64,000 bases of DNA from the human T2T-CHM13v2.0 reference genome, Homo sapiens. Below the pieces are notes generated by a model. That model searched no databases and was not told the origin of the DNA. It was given only the letters and a program-made list of their open reading frames with translations. Positions 25,201-36,900 of this stretch are shown here, in pieces. A program made the position numbers and the translations under genes. The stretch is taken from the NCBI GenBank assembly GCA_009914755.4, contig CP086569.2, positions 20,960,001-21,024,000 of the forward strand, given 5' to 3'. Position 1 is the stretch's first letter. The number at the start of each line of letters is the position of its first letter.

Positions 25201-27790
25201 TTCAGATGTGTCCGGAGTTTCTTCCATCTGGCAGGTTCATGGTCTTGCTCACTTCAAGAGTGAAGCTGCAGAATTTAGTGGTGAGTGTTACAGCACTTAA
25301 ATGTGTTATGTCCAGAGTTTGTTCCTTCAGATGTGTCCAGATATTCTTCCTTCTTGCAGGGTCATGGTCTTGCTCACTTCAAGAAGGAATGAAGGTGCAG
25401 ACCTTTACGGTGAGTGTTACAGCATATAAAGTTGTTATGTACGGAGTTTAGTCCTTCAGATGTGTCCAGAGTTTCTTCCTTCGGGCAGGTTCATGGTATT
25501 GCTCACTTCAAGAATAAAGCTGCAGACCTTGGTGGTGAGTGTTAGAGCACTTAAAGGTGTTATGTTCAGAGTTTGTTCCATCAGATGTGTATAGAGTTTC
25601 TTCCTTCTGGCAGGTTCATGGACTTGTTCACTCCAAGAATGAAGCTGCAGACCTTTACGGTGAGTGTTACAGCACTTAAAGTTGTTATATTCAGAGTTTG
25701 TTCCTTCAGATGTGTCCAGAGTTTCCTTCTTCTCTCAGGTTCATGGCCTTGTTCAATTCAAGATTGAATCTCCAGACCTTTACGGTGAGTTTTACAGCAC
25801 TTAAAAGTGTTATGTTCAGAGTTTGTTCCTTCAGTTTTGTCCAGAGTTTCTTTCTTCTAGCAGGTTCATGGTCTTGCTCACTTCAAGAATGAAGCTGCAC
25901 ACCTTGGTGGTGAGTGTTCCAGCACTTAAAAGTGTTATGTCCAGAGTTTGTTCCATCAGATGTGTATAGACTTTCTTCCTTCTGGCAGGTTCATGGTCTT
26001 GCTTACTTCAAGAATGAAGCTGCAGACATTTACGGTGAGTGTTACAGCAATTAAAGTTGTTATATCCAGAGTTTGTTCCGTAAGATGTGTCTAGAGTTTC
26101 TTCCTTCTGGCATGTTCATGGTATTGCTCACTTCAAGTAAGAATGAAGCTGCAGACCTTTACGGTGATTGTTACAGCATATAAAGTGTTATGTCCAAAGT
26201 TTGTTCCTTCAGATGTGTCCAGAGTTTCTTCCTTCTGGCAGGTTCATGTTCTTGCTCACTTTAAGAATGAGGCTGCAGACCTAGGTGGTGAGTGTTACAG
26301 CACTTAAAGGTGTGATGTCCAGAGTTTGTTCCTTCAGATGTGTCCAGAGTTTCTTTCTTCTGGCAGGTTCATGGTCTTGCTCACTTCAAGAATGAAGCTC
26401 CAGTCCTTTACGGTGAGTGTTACAGCACTTAAAAGTGTTATGTCCAGAGCTTTTTTCCTTCAGATGTGTCCAGAGTTTCTTCCTTCTGGCAGGTTCATGG
26501 TCTTGCTCACTTCAAAAATGAAACTGCAGACGATTACGGTGAGTGTTACAGCACTTAAAGGTGTTATGTCCAGAGTTTGTTCCTTCAGATGTGTCCAGTT
26601 TCTTCCTCCTGGCAGGTTCATGGTCTTGCTCACTTCAAGAATGAAACTGTAGACCTTTACGGTGAGTGTTACAGCACTGAAAGATGTTATGTCCAGAGTT
26701 TTTTCCTTCAGATATTTCCAGAGTTTCTTCCATCTGGCAGGTTCATGGTCTTGGTCACTTCAAGAATGAAACTGCAGACCTTAGTGGTGAGTGTTACTGC
26801 ACTTAAAGGTGTTATGTCCAGAGTTTTTTCCTACAGATGTGTCCAGAGTTTCTTCCTTCTGGCAGGTTCATGGTCTTGCTCACTTCAAGAATGAAGCTAC
26901 AGACCTTAGTTATGAGTGTTACAGCACTTAAAGGTATTATGCCCAGAGTTTGTTACTTCAGATGTGTCCAGAGTTTCTCCCTTCTGGCAGGTTCATGGTC
27001 TTGCTCACTTCAAGAATGAAGCTGCATTCCTTAGTGGTGAGTGTTCCAGCACCTAAAGATGTTATGTAAAGAGTTTGTTCCTTCAGATGTGTCCAAAGTT
27101 TCTTCAATTTGGCAGGTTCATAGTCTTGCTCACTTCAAGAGTGTAGCTGCAGAATTTAGTGGTGAGTGTTACAGCACTTAAAAGTGTTATGTCCATAGTT
27201 TGTTACTTCAGATGTGTCCAGATATTCTTCCTTCTGGCAGGTTCATGGTCTTGCTCACTTCAAGAAAGAATGAAGCTGCAGACCTTTACGGTGAGTGCTA
27301 CAGCATATAAAGGTGTTATGTCCAGAGTTTTTTCCTACAGATGTGTCCAGAGTTTCTTCCTTCTGGCAGGTTCATGGTCTTGCTCAATTCAAGAATGAAG
27401 CTGCAGACCTTAGTTTTGAGTGTTACAGCACTTAAAAGTGTTATGTCCAGAGATTGTTCCTTCAGATGTGTCCAGAGTTTCTTCCTTCTGGCAGGTTCAT
27501 GGTCTTGCTCACTTCAAGAATGAAGCTACAGACCTTAGGGGTGAGTGTTACAGTACTTAAGGGTGTTATGTCCAGAGTTTTTTCCTTCAGATGTGTTCAG
27601 AGTTTCTTCCAACTTGCATTTTCATGGTCTTGCTCACTTCAAGAGTGAAGCTGCAAAATTTAGTGGTGATTGTTACAGCACTTAAAGGTGTTATGTCCAG
27701 AGTTTGTTCCTTCAGATGTGTCGAGATATTCTTTCTTCTGGTATGTTCATGGTCTTGCTCACTTCAAGAATGAAACTGTAGACCTTTACG
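22300..27790 (+). repeat. Near-identical ~1.2-kb segment present twice at an offset of 4263 bp (22.3-23.5 kb and 26.56-27.79 kb)
   Basis: ORF-track translations are identical at 22314/26577 (105 aa), 22574/26837 (60 aa), 22896/27159 (79 aa), 23078/27341 (60 aa), 23191/27454 (64 aa) and 23328/27591 (60 aa). Confidence 0.75.
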
Positions 27791-29725
27791 GTGAGTGTTA
27801 CAGCACTGAAAGATGTTATGTCCAGAGTTTTTTCCTTCAGATATTTCCAGAGTTTCTTCCATCTGGCAGGATCATGGTCTTGGTCACTTCAAGAATGAAG
27901 CTGCAGACCTTAGTGGTGAGGGTTACAGCACTTAAAAGTGTTATGTCCAGAGTTTTTTCCTACAGATGTGTCCAGAGTTTCTTCCTTCTGGCAGGTTCAT
28001 GGTCTTGCTCACTTCAAGAATGAAGCTACAGACCTTAGTGGTGAGTGTTACAGCACTTAAAGGTATTATGCCCAGAGTTTGTTACTTCAGATGTGTCCAG
28101 AGTTTCTCCCTTCTGGCAGGTTCATGGTCTTGCTCACTTTAAGAATGAAGCTGCAGACATTTACGGTGAGTGTTACAGCACTTATATTTGTTATATCCAG
28201 AGTTTATTCCTTCAGATGTGTCCAGAATTTCTTCCTTCTGGCGGGTTCATGGTCTTGCTCACTTCAAGAATGAAGCTGCAGACTTTTAGGGTGAGTGTTA
28301 CAGCACTTGAAAGTTTTATGTCCAGAGTTTGTTCCTTTAGATGTGTCCAGAGTTTCTTCCTTCAGGCAGGTTCATTGTCTTGCTCACTTTAAGAATGAAG
28401 CTGCAGACCTAGGTGGTGAGCGTTACAGCACTTAAAGGTGTTATGTCCAGAGTTTTTCCTTCAGATGTGTCCAGAGTTTCTTCCTTCTGGCAGGTTCATG
28501 GTATTGCACACTTCAAGAATGAAGCTGCAGAACTTTACGGTGAGTGTTATAGCACTTAAAGGTGTTATGTCCAGCGTTTGTTCCTTCAGATGTGTTCAGA
28601 GTTTCTTCCTTCTGGCAGGTTCATGGTCTTGCTCACTTCAAGAATGAAGCTGCAGACCTTAGTGGTGAATGTTACAGCAATTAAAGGTGTTATGTCCAGA
28701 GTTTTTTCTTTCAGATGTGTCCGGAGTTTCTTCCATCTGGCAGGTTCATGGTCTTGCTCACTTCAAGAGTGAAGCTGCAGAATTTAGTGGTGAGTGTTAC
28801 AGCACTTAAATGTGTTATGTCCAGAGTTTGTTCCTTCAGATGTGTCCAGATATTCTTCCTTCTTGCAGGGTCAAGGTCTTGCTCACTTCAAGAAAGAATG
28901 AAGATGCAGACCTTTACGGTGAGTGTTACAGCATATAAAGTTGTTATGTACGGAGTTTAGTCCTTCAGATTTGTCCAGAGTTTCTTCCTTCGGGCATGTT
29001 CATGGTATTGCTCACTTCAAAAATAAAGCTGCAGACATTGGTGTTGAGTGTTACAGCACTTAATGGTGTTATGTCCAGCGTTTGTTCCATCAGATATGTA
29101 TAGATTTTCTTCCTTCTGACAGGTTCATGGACTTGTTCACTTCAAGAACGAAGCTGCAGACCTTTACGGTGAGTGTTACAGCACTTAAAGGTGTTATATA
29201 CAGAGTTTGTTCCATAAGATGTGTCTAGAGTTTCTTCCTTCTGGCATGTTCATGGTCTTGCTCACTTCAAGAAAGAATGAAGCTGCAGACCATTACGGTG
29301 AGTGTTATAGCATATAAAGTGTTATGTCCAAAGTTTGTTCCTTCAGATGTGTCCAGAGTTTCTTCCTTCTGGCAGGTTCATGGTCTTGCTCACTTCAAGA
29401 ATGAAGCTGCACACCTTAGCGGTGAGTGTTACAGTACTTAAAGGTGTTATGTCCAGAGTTTTTTCCTTCAGATGTGTCCAGAGTTTCTTTCAACTTGCAT
29501 TTTCATGGTCTTGCTCACTTCAAGAGTGAAGCTGCAAAATTTAGTGGTGATTGTTACAGCACTTAAAGGTGTTATGTCCAGAGTTTGTTCCTTCAGATGT
29601 GTCCAGATATTCTTTCTTCTGGCATGTTCATGGTCTTGCTCACTTCAAGAAAGAATGAAGCTGTAGACCTTTACGGTGAGTGTTACAGCATATAAAGGTG
29701 TTATGTCCAGAGTTTTGTCCCTCAG

Positions 29726-30745
29726 ATGTGTCCAGAATTTCTTCTTTCGGGCAGGTTCATGGTCTTGCTCACTTCAAGAATGAAGCTGCAGACCTTGGTG
29801 GTGATTGTTACAGCAGTTAAAGGTGTTTGTCCTGAGTTTGTTCCATCGGATGTGTATAGAGTTTCTTCCTTCTGGCAGGTTGATGGTCTTGCTCACTTCA
29901 AGAATGAAGCTGCAGACCTTTACGGTGAGTGTCACAGCACTTAAAGGTGTTATGTCCAGAGTTTGTTCATTCAGATGTGTCCAGAATTTCTTCCTTCTGG
30001 CAGGTTCATGGTCTTGCTCACTTCAAGAATGAAGATGTAGACATTTAGGGTGAGTGTTACGGCACTTAAAAGTTTTATGTCCAGAGTTTGTTCCTTCAGA
30101 TGTGGCCAGAGTTTCTTCCTTCTGGCAGGTTCACGGTCTTGCTCACTTCAAGAATGAAGCTGCAGACCTAGGTGGTGAGCGTTACAGCACTTAAAGGTGT
30201 TATGTCCAGAGTTTCTACCGTCAGATACGTCTAGAGTTTCTTCCCTCTGGCAGGTTCATGGTCTTGCTCACTTCAAGAATGAAGCTGCAGACCTTGGTGG
30301 TGATTGTTACAGCAGTTAAAGGTGTTTGTCCTGAGTTTGTTCCATCGGATGTGTATAGAGTTTCTTCCTTCTGGCAGGTTGATGGTCTTGCTCACTTCAA
30401 GAATGAAGCTGCAGACCTTTACGGTGAGTGTCACAGCACTTAAAGGTGTTATGTCCAGAGTTTGTTCATTCAGATGTGTCCAGAATTTCTTCCTTCTGGC
30501 AGGTTCATGGTCTTGCTCACTTCAAGAATGAAGATGTAGACATTTAGGGTGAGTGTTACGGCACTTAAAAGTTTTATGTCCAGAGTTTGTTCCTTCAGAT
30601 GTGGCCAGAGTTTCTTCCTTCTGGCAGGTTCACGGTCTTGCTCACTTCAAGAATGAAGCTGCAGACCTAGGTGGTGAGCGTTACAGCACTTAAAGGTGTT
30701 ATGTCCAGAGTTTCTACCGTCAGATACGTCTAGAGTTTCTTCCCT
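29726..30745 (+). repeat. Very recent 499-bp (4-monomer) tandem duplication
   Basis: Identical 72/61-aa and 75-aa translations at 29726 vs 30258 and 29805 vs 30304. The nucleotide runs 29.70-30.20 kb and 30.20-30.70 kb are visually identical. This duplication is absent from the paralogous copies at 35.2-35.7 kb and 38.0-38.5 kb. Confidence 0.7.
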
Positions 30746-33700
30746 CTGGCAGGTTCATGGTCTTGCTCACTTCAAGAATGAAGCTGCAGACCTTAGTGGT
30801 GAGTGTTACAGTACTTAAAGTTGTTATGTCCAGAGTTTGTTCGTTCAGATGTGTCCAGAGTTTCTTCCATCTGGCAGGTTCATGGTCTTGCGCACTTCAA
30901 GAATGGAGCTGCAGACCTTTGAGGTGAGTGTTGCAACAATTAAAGGTGTTGTGTCCAGGGTTTTTTCCTTCAGAGCTGTCCAGAGTTTCTTCCTTCTGGC
31001 AGGTTCATGGTCTTGCTCACTTCAAGAATGAAACTGTAGACCTTTACGGTGAGTGTTACAGCACTGAAAGATGTTATGTCCAGAGTTTGTTCCTTCAGAT
31101 ATTTCCAGAGTTTCTTCCATCTGGCAGGTTCATGGTCTTGTTCACTTCAAGAATGAAGCTGCAGACCTTAGTGGTGAGGGTTACAGCACTTAAAGTTGTT
31201 TTATCCAGAGTTTTTTCCTTCAGATGTGTCCAGAGTTTCTTCCTTCTGGCAGGTTCATGGTCTTGCTCACTTCAAGAATGAAGCTGCAGACCTTAGTGGT
31301 GGGTGTTACAGCACTTAAAGGTATTATGCTCAGAGTATCTTACTTCAGATGTGTCCAGAGTTTCTTCCTTCTGGCAGGTTCATGGTCTTGCTCACTTCAA
31401 GAATGAAGCTGCAGACATTTACGGTGAGTGTTACAGCACTTAAATTTGTTATATCCAGAATTTGTTCCTTCAGATGTGTCCAGAATTTCTTCCTTCTGGC
31501 AGGTTCATGGTCTTGCTTACTTCAAGAATGAAGCTGCAGACCTTTAGGGTGAGTGTTACAGCACTTAAAAGTTTTATGTCCACAGTTTGTTCCTTCAGAT
31601 GTGTCCAGAGTTTCTTCCTTCAGGCAGGTTCATGGTCTTGCTCACTTCAAGAATGAAGCTGCAGACCTAGGTGGTGAGCGTTACAGCACTTAAAGGTGTT
31701 ATGTCCAGAGTTTGTTCCTTCAGATGTGTTCTGAGTTTCTTCCTTCTGGGAGGTTCATGGTCTTGCTCACTTCAAGAATGAAGCTGCAGACCTTAGTGGT
31801 GAATGTTACAGCAATTAAAGGTGTTATGTCCAGAGTTTTTTCTTTCAGATGTGTCCGGAGTTTCTTCCATCTGGCAGGTTCAAGGTCTTGCTCACTTCAA
31901 GAGTGAAGCTGCAGAATTTAGTGGTGAGTGTTACAGCACTTAAATGTGTTATGTCCAGAGTTTGTTCCTTCAGATGTGTCCAGATATTCTTCCTTCTTGC
32001 AGGGTCATGGTCTTGCTCACTTCAAGAAAGAATGAAGGTGCAGACCTTTACGGTGAGTGTTACAGCATATAAAGTTGTTATGTACGGAGTTTAGTCCTTC
32101 AGATGTGTCCAGAGTTTCTTCCTTCGGGCAGGTTCATGGTATTGCTCACTTCAAGAATAAAGCTGCAGACCTTGGTGGTGAGTGTTAGAGCAGTTAAAGG
32201 TGTTATGTTCAGAGTTTTTTACATCAGATGTGTATAGAGTTTCTTCCTTCTGGCAGGTTCATGGACTTGTTCACTCCAAGAATGAAGCTGCAGACCTTTA
32301 CGGTGAGTGTTACAGCACTTAAAGTTGTTATATTCAGAGTTTGTTCCTTCAGATGTGTCCAGAGTTTCCTTCTTCTCTCAGGTTCATGGCCTTGTTCAAT
32401 TCAAGATTGAATCTCCAGACCTTTACGGTGAGTTTTACAGCACTTAAAAGTGTTATGTTCAGAGTTTGTTCCTTCAGTTTTGTCCAGAGTTTCTTTCTTC
32501 TGGCAGGTTCATGGTCTTGCTCACTTCAAGAATGAAGTTGCACACCTTGGTGGTGAGTGTTCCAGCACTTAAAAGTGTTATGTCCAGAGTTTGTTCCATC
32601 AGATGTGTATAGACTTTCTTCCTTCTGGCAGGTTCATGGTCTTGCTTACTTCAAGAATGAAGCTGCAGACATTTACGGTGAGTGTTACAGCAATTAAAGT
32701 TGTTATATCCAGAGTTTGTTCCGTAAGATGTGTCTAGAGTTTCTTCCTTCTGGCATGTTCATGGTATTGCTCACTTCAAGTAAGAATGAAGCTGCAGACC
32801 TTTACGGTGATTGTTACAGCATATAAAGTGTTATGTCCAAAGTTTGTTCCTTCAGATGTGTCCAGAGTTTCTTCCTTCTGGCAGGTTCATGTTCTTGCTC
32901 ACTTTAAGAATGAGGCTGCAGACCTAGGTGGTGAGTGTTACAGCACTTAAAGGTGTGATGTCCAGAGTTTGTTCCTTCAGATGTGTCCAGAGTTCCTTTC
33001 TTCTGACAGGTTCATGTTCTTGCTCTCTTCAAGAATGAAGCTCCAGTCCTTTACGGTGAGTGTTACAGCACTTAAAAGTGTTATGTCCAGAGTTTTTTCC
33101 TTCAGATGTGTCCAGAGTTTCTTCCTTCTGGCAGGTTCATGGTCTTGCTCACTTCAAAAATGAAACTGGAGACCATTACGGTGAGTGTTACAGCACTTAA
33201 AGGTGTTATGTCCAGAGTTTGTTCCTTCAGATGTGTCCAGTTTCTTCCTCCTGGCAAGTTCATGGTCTTGCTCACTTCAAGAATGAAACTGTAGACCTTT
33301 ACGGTGAGTGTTACAGCACTGAAAGATGTTATGTCCAGAGTTTTTTCCTTCAGATATTTCCAGAGTTTCTTCCATCTGGCAGGATCATGGTCTTGGTCAC
33401 TTCAAGAATGAAGCTGCAGACCTTAGTGGTGAGGGTTACAGCACTTAAAGGTGTTATGTCCAGAGTTTTTTTCTACAAATGTGTCCAGAGTTTCTTCCTT
33501 CTGGCTGGTTCATGGTCTTGCTCACTTCAAGAATGAAGCTACAGACCTTAGTGGTGAGTGTTACAGCACTTAAAGGTATTATGCCCAGGGTTTGTTACTT
33601 CAGATGTGTCCAGAGTTTCTCCCTTCTGGCAGGTTCATGGTCTTGCTCACTTCAAGAATGAAGCTGCAGACATTTACGGTGAGTGTTACAGCACTTATAT

Positions 33701-33950
33701 TTGTTGTATCCAGAGTTTGTTCCTTCAGATGTGTCCAGAATTTCTTCCTTCTGGCGGGTTCATGGTCTTGCTCACTTCAAGAATGAAGCTGCAGACCTTT
33801 AGGGTGAGTGTTACAGCACTTGAAAGTTTTATGTCCAGAGTTTGTTCCTTTAGATGTGTCCAGAGTTTCTTCCTTCAGGCAGGTTCATGGTCTTGCTCAC
33901 TTTAAGAATGAAGCTGCAGACCTAGGTGGTGATCGTTACAGCGTTTAAAG

Positions 33951-36900
33951 GTGTTATGTCCAGAGTTTTTCCTTCAGATGTGTCCAGAGTTTCTTCCTTC
34001 TGGCAGGTTCATGGTCTTGCACACTTCAAGAATGAAGCTGCAGAACTTTACGGTGAGTGTTATAGCACTTAAAGGTGTTATGTCCAGCGTTTGTTCCTTC
34101 AGATGTGTTCAGAGTTTCTTCCTTCTGGCAGGTTCATGGTCTTGCTCACTTCAAGAATGAAGCTGCAGACCTTAGTGGTGAATGTTACAGCAATTAAAGG
34201 TGTTATGTCCAGAGTTTTTTCTTTCAGATGTCTCCGGAGTTTCTTCCATCTGGCAGGTTCATGGTCTTGCTCACTTCAAGAGTGAAGCTGCAGAATTTAG
34301 TGGTGAGTGTTACAGCACTTAAATGTGTTATGTCCAGAGTTTGTTCCTTCAGATGTGTCCAGATATTCTTCCTTCTTGCAGGGTCAAGGTCTTGCTCACT
34401 TCAAGAAAGAATGAAGATGCAGACCTTTACGGTGAGTGTTACAGCATATAAAGTTGTTATGTACGGAGATTAGTCCTTCAGATTTGTCCACAGTTTCTTC
34501 CTTCGGGCAGGTTCATGGTATTGCTCACTTCAAGAATAAAGCTGCAGACATTGGTGTTGAGTGTTACAGCACTTAAAGGTGTTATGTCCAGCGTTTGTTC
34601 CATCAGATGTGCATAGATTTTCTTCCTTCTGGCAGGTTCATGGACTTCTTCACTTCAAGAATGAAGCTGCAGTCCTTTACGGTGAGTGTTACAGCACTTA
34701 AAGGTGTTATATACAGAGTTTGTTCCATAAGATGTGTCTAGAGTTTCTTCCTTCTGGCATGTTCATGGTCTTGCTCACTTCAAGAAAGAATGAAGCTGCA
34801 GACCATTACGGTGAGTGTTATAGCATATAAAGTGTTATGTCCAAAGTTTGTTCCTTCAGATGTGTCCAGAGTTTCTTCCTTCTGGCAGGTTCATGGTCTT
34901 GCTCACTTCAAGAATGAAGCTGCACACCTTAGCGGTGAGTGTTACAGTACTTAAAGGTGTTTTGTCCAGAGTTTTTTCCTTCAGATGTGTCCAGAGTTTC
35001 TTTCAACTTGCATTTTCATGGTCTTGCTCACTTCAATAGTGAAGCTGCAAAATTTAGTGGTGATTGTTACAGCACTTAAAGGTGTTATGTCCAGAGTTTG
35101 TTCCTTCAGATGTGTCCAGATATTCTTTCTTCTGGCATGTTCATGGTCTTGCTCACTTCAAGAAAGAATGAAGCTGTAGACCTTTACGGTGAGTGTTACA
35201 GCATATAAAGGTGTTATGTCCAGAGTTTTGTCCCTCAGATGTGTCCAGAATTTCTTCTTTCGTGCAGGTTCATGGTCTTGCTCACTTCAAGAATGAAGCT
35301 GCAGACCTTGGTGGTGATTGTTACAGCAGTTAAAGGTGTTTGTCCTGAGTTTGTTCCATCGGATGTGTATAGAGTTTCTTCCTTCTGGCAGGTTGATGGT
35401 CTTGCTCACTTCAAGAATGAAGCTGCAGACCTTTACGTTGAGTGTCACAGCACTTAAAGGTGTTATGTCCAGAGTTTGTTCATTCAGATGTGTCCAGAAT
35501 TTCTTCCTTCTGGCAGGTTCATGGTCTTGCTCACTTCAAGAATGAAGATGCAGACATTTAGGGTGAGTGTTACGACACTTAAAAGTTTTATGTCCAGAGT
35601 TTGTTCCTTCAGATGTGGCCAGAGTTTCTTCCTTCTGGCAGGTTCCCGGTCTTGCTCACTTCAAGAATGAAGCTGCAGACCTAGGTGGTGAGCGTTACAG
35701 CACTTAAAGGTGTTATGTCCAGAGTTTGTACCGTCAGATACGTCTAGAGTTTCTTCCCTCTGGCAGGTTCATGGTCTTGCTCACTTCAAGAATGAAGCTG
35801 CAGACCTTAGTGGTGAGTGTTATAGTACTTAAAGTTGTTATGTCCAGAGTTTGTTCGTTCAGATGTGTCCAGAGTTTCTTCCATCTGGCAGGTTCATGGT
35901 CTTGCGCACTTCAAGAATGAAGCTGCAGACCTTTGAGGTGAGTGTTGCAACAATTAAAGGTGTTATGTCCAGGGTTTGTTCCTTCAGAGGTGTCCAGAGT
36001 TTCTTCCTTCTGGCAGGTTCATGGTCTTGCTCACTTCAAGAATGAAACTGTAGACCTTTACGGTGAGTGTTACAGCACTGAAAGATGTTATGTCCAGAGT
36101 TTGTTCCTTCAGATGTTTCCAGAGTTTCTTCCATCTGGCAGGTTCATGGTCTTGCTCACTTCAAGAATGAAGCTGCAGACCTTAGTGGTGAGGGTTACAG
36201 CACTTAAAGTTGTTTTATCCAGAGTTTTTTCCGTCAGATGTGTCCAGAGTTTCTTCCTTCTGGCAGGTTCATGGTCTTGCTCACTTCAAGAATGAAGCTG
36301 CAGACCTTAGTGGTGGGTGTTACAGCACTTAAAGGTATTATGCCCAGAGGTTGTTACTTCAGATGTGTCCAGAGTTTCTTCCTTCTGGCAGGTTCATGGT
36401 CTTGCTCACTTCAAGAATGAAGCTGCAGACATTTACGGTGAGTGTTACAGCACTTAAATTTGTTATATCCAGAATTTGTTCCTTCAGATGTGTCCAGAAT
36501 TTCTTCCTTTTGGCAGGTTCATGGTCTTGCTTACTTCAAGAATGAAGCTGCAGACCTTTAGGGTGAGTGTTACAGCACTTGAAAGTTTTATGTCCAGAGT
36601 TTGTTCCTTTAGATGTGTCCAGAGTTTCTTCCTTCAGGCAGGTTCATGGTCTTGCTCACTTTAAGAATGAAGCTGCAGACCTAGGTGGTGATCGTTACAG
36701 CATTTAAAGGTGTTATGTCCAGAGTTTTTCCTTCAGATGTGTCCAGAGTTTCTTCCTTCTGGCAGGTTCATGGTCTTGCACACTTCAAGAATGAAGCTGC
36801 AGAACTTTACGGTGAGTGTTATAGCACTTAAAGGTGTTATGTCCAGCGTTTGTTCCTTCAGATGTGTTCAGAGTTTCTTCCTTCTGGCAGGTTCATGGTC

